A DNA stretch of 64,000 bases from NCBI GenBank assembly GCA_944388865.1, contig CALXKM010000021.1:5482-69481 (forward strand), given 5' to 3'. Positions 48,463-57,476 of the stretch are shown in pieces. Both the position numbers and the translations under genes were made by a program. Source of the stretch: an uncultured Duodenibacillus sp. (GTDB taxonomy: Bacteria; Pseudomonadota; Gammaproteobacteria; Burkholderiales; Burkholderiaceae_F). Numbering within the stretch: the first letter of the stretch is position 1; every line of letters starts with the position of its first letter. The notes below the pieces were generated by a model that saw only the letters and a list, made by a program, of their open reading frames with translations, was not told the DNA's origin and made no database searches.

Positions 48463-48551
48463 GAGGCGAGCTTGCAAGCGAGTTCGCAAAAACGCACCAG
48501 CTTTGTTTGCCGCGGCAGGAGGTGTTAGACGATTTTTTTGCAGCTTGCGCT

Positions 48552-50249
48552 TTATTCTTCGACGGCTTCGACGACGAGCTGCACCGAGCGGCGTCCCATG
48601 TATTCGTTGATTTCTGGGCGGTACGCCAGGCGCGCGTGCGAAGCCACGGGCGTGTTGCGCCTGAAATGGATTGCCTCAAAGCGGTTGCCGGCGAGATCCA
48701 CGACAAGCTTCAGGTGGGCGTCTTTTAAAACGCGCTGCGACAAAATGCTGAAGTCATTGGCAAAAAGCGGCCGCTCAAAGCCTTGACCCCAAATGCGCTC
48801 GCTCATGGCTTCAACAAGGCCAAAGGAAATCTCTTCGGGCGACAAGGCTCCGTCAATGTAGACCACTTTGTCGAAGACTTCGGGGTCGGCAGTTTCGGTT
48901 ACTGCACGCTCAAAAAGTGCGGTGAAGCGATCGAGTTTTTCAGCTCGAATCGTCAGGCCCGCAGCCATGGCGTGGCCGCCGAAGCGCTCGATCAAATTCG
49001 GGTCTTGCTTGCTCACCCAGTCGAGCATGTCGCGCAGGTGAATGCCTTCGATAGAGCGTCCCGAGCCTTTGAGCATGTTGTTGTCGTCGCGCGCAAAGGC
49101 GATGACGGGACGGTGCGTGCGCTCCTTTAAGCGGCTTGCAACAAGCCCTACGACCCCTTGGTGCCAGTCTTCTTCAAAAAGCGTGATGGTGGCGTGGTGC
49201 CTCCAGTCCATGTTGGAGAGCCGCTCGACGGCATCGAGCTGCATGCTGTCTTCAAGCCCTCGGCGCTCGCGGTTGAGTTGGTCGAGCTCCTGCGCGCAGC
49301 GCATGGCTTTTTCGGGATCATCGGCAAGCAGGCATTCAATTCCAATGCCCATCTCGGTGAGTCTGCCTGCGGCATTGATGCGCGGGGCGATGGCAAAGGA
49401 GAAGTCGCGGGCGGTGGCCTGCGCAATGTCGCGCCCGGCCACTTCAAAGAGCGCATTGATGCCGGGAAGAGCCAGGCCGCGCCGCACGCGCGACAGGCCC
49501 TGAGAGACGAGCACGCGATTGTTGTGGTCGAGCTTGACGACGTCGGCAACGGTGCCCAAGGCCAGCAAATCGCTTAAGCGGTCTAGCCGCGGCTGCGAGG
49601 CTTTGTCAAAGACGCCGCGCCGGCGCAGTTCGGCGCGCAGCGCCAAAAGAACGTAGAACATGACGCCGCACCCGGCAAGCGCCTTGCTCGGGAAAAGGCT
49701 CTCTTTGACATTGGGGTTGACGATGCAGGCGGCCTGCGGCAACGCGTCGCCCGGCAGGTGATGGTCGGTGATGATCACTTCCATGCCGAGCTCGCGGGCG
49801 CGGCGCACCCCTTCGACGCTGGCAATGCCGTTGTCGACCGTGATGATGAGATCCGGCCGCGGGCTGAGGCTTGCAGCCAGATCGACGATGGCTGGCGTCA
49901 AGCCGTAGCCGAATTTGAATCGATCTGGAACGATGTAGTTGGCTTTAATCCCCATCATTGCGAGCCCTCTGACGGCAATGGCGCAGGCCGTGGCGCCGTC
50001 GCAGTCGTAGTCGGCCACGATCGCGATGCGGCGTCCGAGAGCGGCTGCGTCGGCCAATATCTGCGCAGCGCGCTCGGTGCCTTCAAGCAAAGAGGGCGCA
50101 AGCATTGAGCGCCAGTCTTCTAAGAGATCCTGCGGATCATTGATTCCGCGCGCGGCAAGCGCCTGCGCAATCGGACGCAGAATGCCCGCGTGCTCGAGCC
50201 GCTCGCAGGCCATTTTGTCGTAGGGACGCAGGGCAAAGCGCGTTTTCAC
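48552..50249 (-). CDS. recJ: Single-stranded-DNA-specific exonuclease RecJ
   Basis: DHH motifs VADYDCDGAT, VDNG, ITDHH and DHHA1 GGHAMAAG. The likely start is GTG 50249, preceded by GGAGG 6 nt upstream. It forms a GTGA overlap with the stop of the upstream ORF. Confidence 0.95.
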   Translation of the reverse strand: MKTRFALRPYDKMACERLEHAGILRPIAQALAARGINDPQDLLEDWRSMLAPSLLEGTERAAQILADAAALGRRIAIVADYDCDGATACAIAVRGLAMMGIKANYIVPDRFKFGYGLTPAIVDLAASLSPRPDLIITVDNGIASVEGVRRARELGMEVIITDHHLPGDALPQAACIVNPNVKESLFPSKALAGCGVMFYVLLALRAELRRRGVFDKASQPRLDRLSDLLALGTVADVVKLDHNNRVLVSQGLSRVRRGLALPGINALFEVAGRDIAQATARDFSFAIAPRINAAGRLTEMGIGIECLLADDPEKAMRCAQELDQLNRERRGLEDSMQLDAVERLSNMDWRHHATITLFEEDWHQGVVGLVASRLKERTHRPVIAFARDDNNMLKGSGRSIEGIHLRDMLDWVSKQDPNLIERFGGHAMAAGLTIRAEKLDRFTALFERAVTETADPEVFDKVVYIDGALSPEEISFGLVEAMSERIWGQGFERPLFANDFSILSQRVLKDAHLKLVVDLAGNRFEAIHFRRNTPVASHARLAYRPEINEYMGRRSVQLVVEAVEE

Positions 50250-51316
50250 TGTTGGCCTCCGTCCTGAAAGAGCCAATGCTGTGCGGGGAGCTTGCGGGTT
50301 GGGGAGAGTCTAGCCAGAAGTGATTTCGGGTTGTTGTTTTTGCGCGCAAGCGTCACAGTGAGCGATTCTCCGCAGCCGACGATGACAGTGCGGTCGCACC
50401 CTTTCTTGCGTGCAGCCTGAGCGAGTGCATCAACTTGAAAAATCACCGAGGGCAAAAGCTGCTGCCATTTTGCCCAGTCTTTGGCAAGCCACGCAGAGTA
50501 AAGGGTGTCGATGACTGCGATGCATTCGCCATTGGGAGCGTCGGCTGGCCACTCTTCTGCACCTGTGATGCGCCCGAGCCGGTGGTTGAGAATGCCTGCT
50601 GCAAGCGCCCAGCCCGTGACGGCGTCTATGTCCGTGAGCACGCTTCTGATGCGCGTGGGGGGATAAAAGTTGCTGTAGCAGCCGCCGCCCGAAATCCAAA
50701 GCGCGTTGAGTGCTTGGCCTGCACTTTCAATGCTGGCGTCTTTGAGCGTTTCGTTAAGCTCCTCAAGATCATGCCAGGCGCCGGCAGGATCGGTCTGCTC
50801 GAGCGAGGCTTCAAAATCGTCCTGCAGCGAAGGCTTGCGGCCGACCATGGCCTCAAAGGGGCGAACATCTACGCCCCAGGGCGTTTTGCGTGTGAGATAA
50901 AGCGTCTTGTCCCAGCGCTGCAGTCGAAAGCCGCGGCTTTGCAAGGGGACGGTCATGGCCGAGGCAAAAGCCTCAATGGCTTCATCGGTGAGCACGTCAA
51001 TGGGATTGAGGCACTCGTCTTGATCGATGTGAGCAAGATCAAGCGACCAGACTTCGTTGGAAAGCTGCGGACCTTGATTAACTGACCAGACAAAGGGGGC
51101 GGTGACTGCGGGCAGCGCCCGTCTGCAGAGCACTGACCATGCCCAAATGAGATGTACCGAGCGCGAAAATGGGCGCGAGGTAAAGTCCTGGCGCAGCGCA
51201 TCCTCTACGAGCCCCGTCGAAAGACTGCCTGCGGCTTCAAGAACGGGCGCGCTGATCGCATCTTTTTCCTTTGGCGAGAGAATCAGTCCTGGAATCAAGA
51301 AATAAACCTGCTGCAT
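50246..51316 (-). CDS. Conserved hypothetical protein (356 aa), translationally coupled to recJ
   Basis: Long ORF with core-like composition, starting MQQVYFLIPGLILSP, with an internal ALWISGGG. No domain recognisable by eye. I vaguely recall betaproteobacterial proteins of this shape being annotated as phosphoglycerate-mutase-like. Confidence 0.6.
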   Translation of the reverse strand: MQQVYFLIPGLILSPKEKDAISAPVLEAAGSLSTGLVEDALRQDFTSRPFSRSVHLIWAWSVLCRRALPAVTAPFVWSVNQGPQLSNEVWSLDLAHIDQDECLNPIDVLTDEAIEAFASAMTVPLQSRGFRLQRWDKTLYLTRKTPWGVDVRPFEAMVGRKPSLQDDFEASLEQTDPAGAWHDLEELNETLKDASIESAGQALNALWISGGGCYSNFYPPTRIRSVLTDIDAVTGWALAAGILNHRLGRITGAEEWPADAPNGECIAVIDTLYSAWLAKDWAKWQQLLPSVIFQVDALAQAARKKGCDRTVIVGCGESLTVTLARKNNNPKSLLARLSPTRKLPAQHWLFQDGGQQ

Positions 51317-51414
51317 GGCGCGGCCCGTACGAAATAATTTTCAAAATCCACAAAAAAGCACCGCAAACGGCTCAAGAGTTTAACTATAGAAGCGCCTGCG
51401 GCAGTGCTTCTGAC

Positions 51415-51448
51415 GAAAAAGCACAAAAGAAGGCTTTCCTTCTTTTGT
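51415..51448 (-). terminator. Rho-independent terminator after the kinase/response-regulator operon
   Basis: The perfect 11-bp stem ACAAAAGAAGG-cttt-CCTTCTTTTGT (51423-51448) is followed on the minus strand by CTTTTT. It lies about 47 nt after the regulator stop. Confidence 0.6.
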
Positions 51449-51494
51449 CGAAGGCAGCCTTCCTGGCGTGTGTTTTAGCGGCAAAAAGACGCTT

Positions 51495-52157
51495 CTAGAG
51501 GCCGTCGTTTTGCTTTAAGCCGGCTCCGAGCACAACGCGCATGAGATCCGCAACGGTGCCCGAGTTGGTCTTGTCCATGATCGAAGCGCGGTGCGCTTCG
51601 ACGGTCTTGATGGAAATGCCCAGATCGTCGGCGATCTGCTTATTGAGACGCCCTGCGGTGATGCGCTCGAGCACCTGCTGCTCGCGCGCGGTGAGTTTTC
51701 TTAAAAGTGCTTCGTTGAGGCTTCTGCGCTCGTTTCTGACGCGCCGCTCGCGGGCTTCCTGCAGCATGCGCTCGACTTGCTGCTTGAGAGCGGCCTGATC
51801 AAAGGGCTTTTCGATGAAGTCGACGGCGCCTTTTTTGAGCGCATTGACGGCCATGGGCACGTCGCCGTGGCCGGTAATGAAGATGATGGGCAAATCGGCG
51901 TTGCGGGCAATCAGGTGCTCCTGAACTTCAAGGCCGCTCATGCCGTTCATGCGCACATCAAGCAACAGCACGGCGATCGCAAAAGGATCGTATTTGGCAA
52001 TGAAGCTCTCGCCGCTGTCGTAGAGCTCCACCTTGTAGTCGCTTGCTTCGAGAAGCCAGCGGATGGAGTCGCGCACGGCCTCATCATCGTCGACAACGTA
52101 GACAGTACCCAGCGTCTGGGAAGATTCGGAAGGGGTTGCGTAGTTGGAAAAAGGCAT
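51495..52157 (-). CDS. Response regulator, REC + LuxR/FixJ-type HTH
   Basis: From ATG 52157: VYVVDDDEAVRDS, LLLDVRMNGMSG, and the C-terminal LTAREQQVLERITAGRLNKQIADDLGISIKTVEAHRASIM. Confidence 0.92.
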   Translation of the reverse strand: MPFSNYATPSESSQTLGTVYVVDDDEAVRDSIRWLLEASDYKVELYDSGESFIAKYDPFAIAVLLLDVRMNGMSGLEVQEHLIARNADLPIIFITGHGDVPMAVNALKKGAVDFIEKPFDQAALKQQVERMLQEARERRVRNERRSLNEALLRKLTAREQQVLERITAGRLNKQIADDLGISIKTVEAHRASIMDKTNSGTVADLMRVVLGAGLKQNDGL

Positions 52158-52174
52158 AAGTGCTTCTCGTCTTC

Positions 52175-54586
52175 TTATGTAGTAGTTGTTTTTGCGTGTG
52201 TGTTGCAATGAGCCTCGTGCTCTCCGGTCGAGCTCGCCGGAAGCGACAACCTGAATATTGTACCGCCCTCGGCATTGGGCTCAAAGCTCAAGCGCCCGTG
52301 ATGGCTTTCGACGATCGAACGGCAGATGTTGAGTCCAATTCCCATGCCGGTGCGCTTGGTTGAATAAAAGGGATCAAAGATGCGCTGCGTCTGCTCTTTG
52401 TCGATGCCGCAGCCGTGGTCGATGATGTAAAAGCAAAGCGCGGCATCTTCGCGGCGCACGACGAAGCGCACGGTCTGAGAGGGGCTCTCAAAGCTTGCTT
52501 CCATCGCATTTTTAAGCAAATTGATGAGTACCTGTTCAATGAGGACCGGGTCGCAGATGATGCACTCTTGGGCAACGGCACCGTCGTCTCCGAGATCTAG
52601 TTCGATTACCATGCCGTATTTTTTGGCCTGCATCTGCGCAAGCTCCATCGTTTCATCAAGAATGCGCGAGACGAGAGTTTGCGTGCGCACGAGTTCGCCT
52701 CGCTTGGCAAAGCCGCGGATGCGCTTGATGATCTGAGCGGCGCGCTGCGTTTGGTTGATGATTTTGTTGAGCCCTGTTTCGACGCCTGCCTCGGTGAGCT
52801 TTCTTGCCTTGAGCATGGTGAGCGTAGCCGAGGCGTAGTTCTGCACGGCCGCAAGCGGCTGGTTGAGTTCGTGCGCGAGCGAACTTGCTAGTTCGCCCAT
52901 CGTCATCAAGCGCGAGACCTGCTCGGCATTTTTCATCTGCTGCTCGATGAGCGCTTCGTGCGCCTTTTTCACCGTAATGTCTTGAATGGTGAGAAGGTCG
53001 GCCTGTCGGCCGCTCATCCAAGTGATGCTGCGAAGCCCCACGAAGTACCAGCAGCGCGTCGTCTCATCGTAGACTTCGCCGCCTTGATTGACCGGACCTT
53101 GGTTTTTAAGAATTGCCTGCAGTCTGAGATGCGCGGCTGCCGTGTGCCCGAAGACTTCGGAGTAGCGTGCGTTGGCAAAAAGAAGCTCTCCGGCGTCTTC
53201 GCCCGCGGAGGCAACGACGCTCACGGCCGAGTCCATGGATTCGAGCACGCGGATGGTGCGCTCGTGCGCGAGCGCTAGTGCGTGACGAGACTTTTTCTGC
53301 TGCGTCACATCGCGCAGCGTCACAAGCCACCCTGGCTGCTTTTGGCCTGCTGAGAGCGCCTTTAAGGGAAGAATTTCTGCTGCGCAGATAAAGTTTGAGC
53401 CGTCCTTGCGCGAAGCGGTGAACTCGGCTCGCACGATGTCGCCGGCGGCGTTTTCCTGCAGGTGGCGCTTGAAGTCGAAAATGCTCTTGTCCTGCGGACA
53501 GAACGCGTAGGGCGGCGTCATGCCCAGCATTTCTCCCGACTCGTCTTTGAAAAGATCGTTGAAAGCACGGTTGGTGTAGAGAATTTTCCCGAGACGATCG
53601 GTTACGAAGAGGCCGTCGAGAATCGACTGGCTCATGGCCTGCTGCACGATGATGCGTGCTCGAAGCTCCTCTTCGATTTTGAGCTGACGGTATTGATAAA
53701 CAAGCACGCCCATGGTTGAAAGAAGCAGCAGACAGCCGAAAAGAACGATGCTGCGAACAAGCTTTGTATAGCCGTAGGCCGAGTCCATGTGCGTGTTGAC
53801 CGTCAAAAGCCGCACGGATTCGGGCAGGGGCGTCAAGGGAGAAGTGGCGCGAATGTTGTCGCTCGGGGCATCGTTGAGCGCAGACTGGGGCTCTTGCTCT
53901 TCAGCGCTTGCAGCCGAAATTTCCTTGCCGTCGACGAGAAGCGAGATTTTGTAGCGGTAGTCAAGCGTGGTGCCCGTAAATTGCCGCAGCATGCTGGTAA
54001 TCGAAATGCGTGCAACATAGAGCCGATCTTGATTGATCGGGTAGATCAAATCCGAGTAGAGAATGCCGTTTTTGCTTCTGGCATAGGGCAGCGAAAAAAC
54101 AATGGAGGAAAGACGCTTGGCCTGATCAATGGCAAGATTGGTTTGCGTTGTGGGAATGAACTGCGCAATGTCGCGCTTGACGGTATCGAGCGCCGAAGGC
54201 GTCAGGCATGTCTGCAGCACGAGTCCTTCGCGCGTAATCAAAGAGAGTTCGACAAATTCTCCGTAGCGACCGAATAATTCGGAGGCTTCGTCGCACTGCA
54301 CGAAGTTTGGACGCGCTTTTGCAAAGTCGCCGAGGCGGTCTGAAAAAGTCATCATGCGCCGCTCGACTTGCCGTGCAATGGACTGCGTGATGGCAACTTG
54401 AGTTTCCGTTTCAAGCTTGCGGGTTTCCAAACTTATCGCATGCGAGACGAGGGCAAAGAGCACGAGCACCAGCACGATGACGCCGATCGTAATGTAGATG
54501 CCGCGGCGGCTGACGGAGTGCGCGCCGCCGCTGACGAGCTCAAGGAGCTTGTCTTCAATCTGATCGGTTGCGCGGGCGGTGCTCAT
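52175..54586 (-). CDS. Sensor histidine kinase with a periplasmic domain and PAS domains (FixL/DctS-like)
   Basis: Two TM segments flank a periplasmic region of about 250 aa, followed by PAS-like repeats. H-box LAHELNQPLAAV, N-box LINLLKNAMEA, G-boxes IIDHGCGI and GMGIGLNICRSIV. ATG at 54586; the track ORF starts at TTG 54592. Confidence 0.92.
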   Translation of the reverse strand: MSTARATDQIEDKLLELVSGGAHSVSRRGIYITIGVIVLVLVLFALVSHAISLETRKLETETQVAITQSIARQVERRMMTFSDRLGDFAKARPNFVQCDEASELFGRYGEFVELSLITREGLVLQTCLTPSALDTVKRDIAQFIPTTQTNLAIDQAKRLSSIVFSLPYARSKNGILYSDLIYPINQDRLYVARISITSMLRQFTGTTLDYRYKISLLVDGKEISAASAEEQEPQSALNDAPSDNIRATSPLTPLPESVRLLTVNTHMDSAYGYTKLVRSIVLFGCLLLLSTMGVLVYQYRQLKIEEELRARIIVQQAMSQSILDGLFVTDRLGKILYTNRAFNDLFKDESGEMLGMTPPYAFCPQDKSIFDFKRHLQENAAGDIVRAEFTASRKDGSNFICAAEILPLKALSAGQKQPGWLVTLRDVTQQKKSRHALALAHERTIRVLESMDSAVSVVASAGEDAGELLFANARYSEVFGHTAAAHLRLQAILKNQGPVNQGGEVYDETTRCWYFVGLRSITWMSGRQADLLTIQDITVKKAHEALIEQQMKNAEQVSRLMTMGELASSLAHELNQPLAAVQNYASATLTMLKARKLTEAGVETGLNKIINQTQRAAQIIKRIRGFAKRGELVRTQTLVSRILDETMELAQMQAKKYGMVIELDLGDDGAVAQECIICDPVLIEQVLINLLKNAMEASFESPSQTVRFVVRREDAALCFYIIDHGCGIDKEQTQRIFDPFYSTKRTGMGIGLNICRSIVESHHGRLSFEPNAEGGTIFRLSLPASSTGEHEAHCNTHAKTTTT

Positions 54587-54815
54587 AAGCAAATAGATAA
54601 ATGATGAGAAGAATCCCTAGGCTCTAAAGCAGGAGTTTTTTCTGGTGGAAACAGCTGGGGATTAATCATACTACTGCAAAGCCTGGTCTTTGTTTTTTTC
54701 CGTTTCGAATACCAGAAGCGCCTCGCGTATACTTCTTGCCGGATTGGGTAACACGCCTGAGCATGCAGGGGCGCTCATGAGCGCTCCGCAGAGGTGTTTT
54801 TAGGACTGATTAGAG

Positions 54816-55472
54816 ATGACGCAGGATGAATTAAAAAAGCTTGTGGCGCAGGCCGCTCTTAACTATGTTGAAGAGGGGAGCATTCTTGGCGTCGGCACGG
54901 GCTCGACCGTGGATTTTTTCATTGATGCGCTCAAAGCTAGCGGCAAAAACGTCCCAGCCTGCGTATCGAGTTCCGTGCGCTCAACGAAAAAGCTTCAGGC
55001 TTTGGGCTACAAGGTGCTTGATCTCAACGAGGTCGACGAGATCAGCGTGTACGTTGACGGGGCCGATGAAATCAATCCGAGCTTTGACATGATCAAAGGC
55101 GGAGGCGGGGCGCTTACCCGAGAAAAGATTGTGGCAAGCGTCTCAAAGAAGTTTGTCTGCATTGCCGACGCAAGCAAAAAGGTTGATGTGCTCGGGCGCT
55201 TTGCGCTGCCCGTGGAGGTCATTCCCATGGCTGTGCGCGCCGTGGCCGGTAAGCTCAGGGCTCTCGGCGGGGACCCCGTTGAGCGCGACTTTACGACCGA
55301 CAACGGCAACCGCATTCTTGACGTCAGAGGACTGCAGATTGTCGATCCCAAGGCAATGGAGGCGACCGTCAACGCCATCGCAGGCGTGGTGACCGTGGGG
55401 CTTTTTGCCCAGCGCGGCGCCGACGTGCTCCTTTTGGGGACGCCCGAGGGCGTAAAAACTTTCATTCGGTGA
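54816..55472 (+). CDS. rpiA: Ribose-5-phosphate isomerase A
   Basis: [32 protein letters not shown]...DGADE...[13 protein letters not shown]. 218 aa. Confidence 0.95.
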   Translation: MTQDELKKLVAQAALNYVEEGSILGVGTGSTVDFFIDALKASGKNVPACVSSSVRSTKKLQALGYKVLDLNEVDEISVYVDGADEINPSFDMIKGGGGALTREKIVASVSKKFVCIADASKKVDVLGRFALPVEVIPMAVRAVAGKLRALGGDPVERDFTTDNGNRILDVRGLQIVDPKAMEATVNAIAGVVTVGLFAQRGADVLLLGTPEGVKTFIR

Positions 55473-55492
55473 GCTCGTTCGAAGAACAAACG

Positions 55493-55531
55493 AAAAAAGG
55501 CAGGAAGTTTTTTGGGACATCCTGCCTTTTT
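55493..55531. terminator. Bidirectional rho-independent terminator between convergent rpiA and yggX
   Basis: AAAAAAGGCAGGA-(14 nt)-TCCTGCCTTTTT: a stem flanked by an A-run and a T-run. Confidence 0.7.
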
Positions 55532-55586
55532 AAATCTGCACGGCAAAGTGAGCCTGTGCGGAGGTTTTGTGCGTTTTTCCAAGCGC

Positions 55587-55856
55587 TTATTCAACCGGGA
55601 CGTGGTTTGGAACGGGATCGACTCCTTTGCCGAAGAAATAGTTTTCGCATTGCTCGAGCAAGTGCGAGCGCACCTTGGGATCAGCGCAATTGAGGCCGTA
55701 CTCGTTGATCATCATCGTCTGCAGCCTCACCCAGCCGTCCCAGGCTTCCTTGCTGACGTTTGCCCAGATGCGCTTTCCCAGTTCGCCTGGAACGGGAGGA
55801 TAGCCGAGTCCGGGGGCATCTTTGTTGAGTTTTACGCAGTGAACCATGCGTGCCAT
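55587..55856 (-). CDS. yggX: Fe(2+)-trafficking protein YggX
   Basis: From ATG 55856: [40 protein letters not shown]...QTMMINE. About 89 aa. Confidence 0.9.
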   Translation of the reverse strand: MARMVHCVKLNKDAPGLGYPPVPGELGKRIWANVSKEAWDGWVRLQTMMINEYGLNCADPKVRSHLLEQCENYFFGKGVDPVPNHVPVE

Positions 55857-55886
55857 GATGAAGGGTCTCCTTAAGTTTTCAGCCAA

Positions 55887-57254
55887 CTAGAGTTTTTTAA
55901 TAAAAATCTGCGAGCGGCGATGCCAGTTGTACATGCGCTGCTTTTCAACCGGCAGGCTCTCAACGGGCGCGGGCTCGAAGCCGCGCTTGATAAACCAGTG
56001 AGCCGTGCGCGTGGTGAGCACGAAGATGCGCGTCAGCCCCAGATCGCGGGCGCGCTGCTCGATGCGGCGCAGCAATTTGTCGCCGTCGCCAGCGCCCTGA
56101 AAATCTGGATGCACGGCCACGGCTGCCATTTCTCCGATTTTAGCCTCGGGATAGGGGTAAAGAGCAGCAGATCCGTAGATGAAGCCGTCGTGCTCGAGCA
56201 CGGTAAAGCAGTTGATTTCGCGCTCAATTTTTTCACGCGGACGTCTGACGAGTATCCCTTGACTCTCAAAGGGCTCGAGCAGCTTGATGAGGCTGCCGAC
56301 ATCGTCAATGGTTGCTTCGCGAATCGATTCCATGTCCTCTTCGGCCACCATCGTGCCTACGCCGTCGTGGGTAAAGAGTTCGGCCAGAATGCCGCCGTCC
56401 AAGGCGTAGGGGATGATGTGCACGCGCTTGACCCCGTTTTTGACGGCGCGCAGCGCGTAAGTGAGGTTGTAGACGTCTTCTTCGTCAAGGACTTTTTCAT
56501 CGATGAGCTGCTGGGCGCGTTTTGCCGTCAGATCCTGCTCGACCTTTTTCTTGATGCGCACGCCTTTGACGCCTACGCACAAAATCAGCTTGTCGGCGCC
56601 GATGGCTGCGGCAATGGCTGCCGCCACATCTTCCGTGGTGAGGTTGAATGCTTCGCCAGTGGGTGAAAAGCCAAATGGGCTTGCAAGCACAATATTGCCG
56701 CGCGCCAGAAGATCCTTGATGATTTCACCGTCGACTTTGCGCACAAGTCCCGTGTGAAGATGATCGATTCCGTCGATGACGCCCATGGGTTTGGCGGTGA
56801 CGAAGTTGCCCGAGACCACCTTCACGCGCGAGTGCTGCATGGGGGTATTGGGAAGCCCTTGAGAAAAAGCCGCTTCAAGGTTAAAGCGCGTCTCGCCGCA
56901 GGCTTCCTTGACGCAGGCGAGCACTTCAGCATCGGTGATGCGCACGCCTTTGTAAAAGCGTGCGTGCAGTCCTCTGAGCTTCATGAGCGCTTCAATCTGC
57001 GGGCGCGAGCCGGGCACGAGCACGACATGAATGCCCATGCTTGCAATCAGACTAATGTCCATGACCAAGCGGTTGAGCTGCAGCTCGTCGGCTACCGCTT
57101 CGCCCGCGCAGCTCACAACGAATGTGCGGCCGCGGTGCAAATGTACGTAGGGAGCAAAGCTTCTGAGCCAGGAAACCCACTTCGGCAGGTCTTTGGCTGC
57201 AGGTTCGCTGAAGACGGAAACAAAGTGATGCGTTGAAAAATCTTCCTTAGACAT
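55887..57254 (-). CDS. argA: Amino-acid N-acetyltransferase (N-acetylglutamate synthase) ArgA
   Basis: From ATG 57254. The N-terminal amino-acid-kinase-like domain (HRGRTFVVSCAGEAV...VLVPGSRPQI) is collinear with E. coli ArgA. The C-terminal GNAT reads VHPDFQGAGDGDKLL. Confidence 0.93.
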   Translation of the reverse strand: MSKEDFSTHHFVSVFSEPAAKDLPKWVSWLRSFAPYVHLHRGRTFVVSCAGEAVADELQLNRLVMDISLIASMGIHVVLVPGSRPQIEALMKLRGLHARFYKGVRITDAEVLACVKEACGETRFNLEAAFSQGLPNTPMQHSRVKVVSGNFVTAKPMGVIDGIDHLHTGLVRKVDGEIIKDLLARGNIVLASPFGFSPTGEAFNLTTEDVAAAIAAAIGADKLILCVGVKGVRIKKKVEQDLTAKRAQQLIDEKVLDEEDVYNLTYALRAVKNGVKRVHIIPYALDGGILAELFTHDGVGTMVAEEDMESIREATIDDVGSLIKLLEPFESQGILVRRPREKIEREINCFTVLEHDGFIYGSAALYPYPEAKIGEMAAVAVHPDFQGAGDGDKLLRRIEQRARDLGLTRIFVLTTRTAHWFIKRGFEPAPVESLPVEKQRMYNWHRRSQIFIKKL

Positions 57255-57476
57255 TTCGCCGGCACTCTGAGATGAAAAAATCCGTGCTGGCGGGTTCCGT
57301 GAACCGGAATGCCCGTCGACGCTTGCCAAAAATGAAACGCGCAAAGCTTAGCAAAGTATGCGCGCTCTGCGCGCATATTTCTGAGGCAGTTTTGAGTGCC
57401 GCGAAAAGCTCTTGGCCAACGAGCCGGTAAAATCTCGGCACGCTGCAATATTCCGAGAAGATTATTAGAAAATTCA

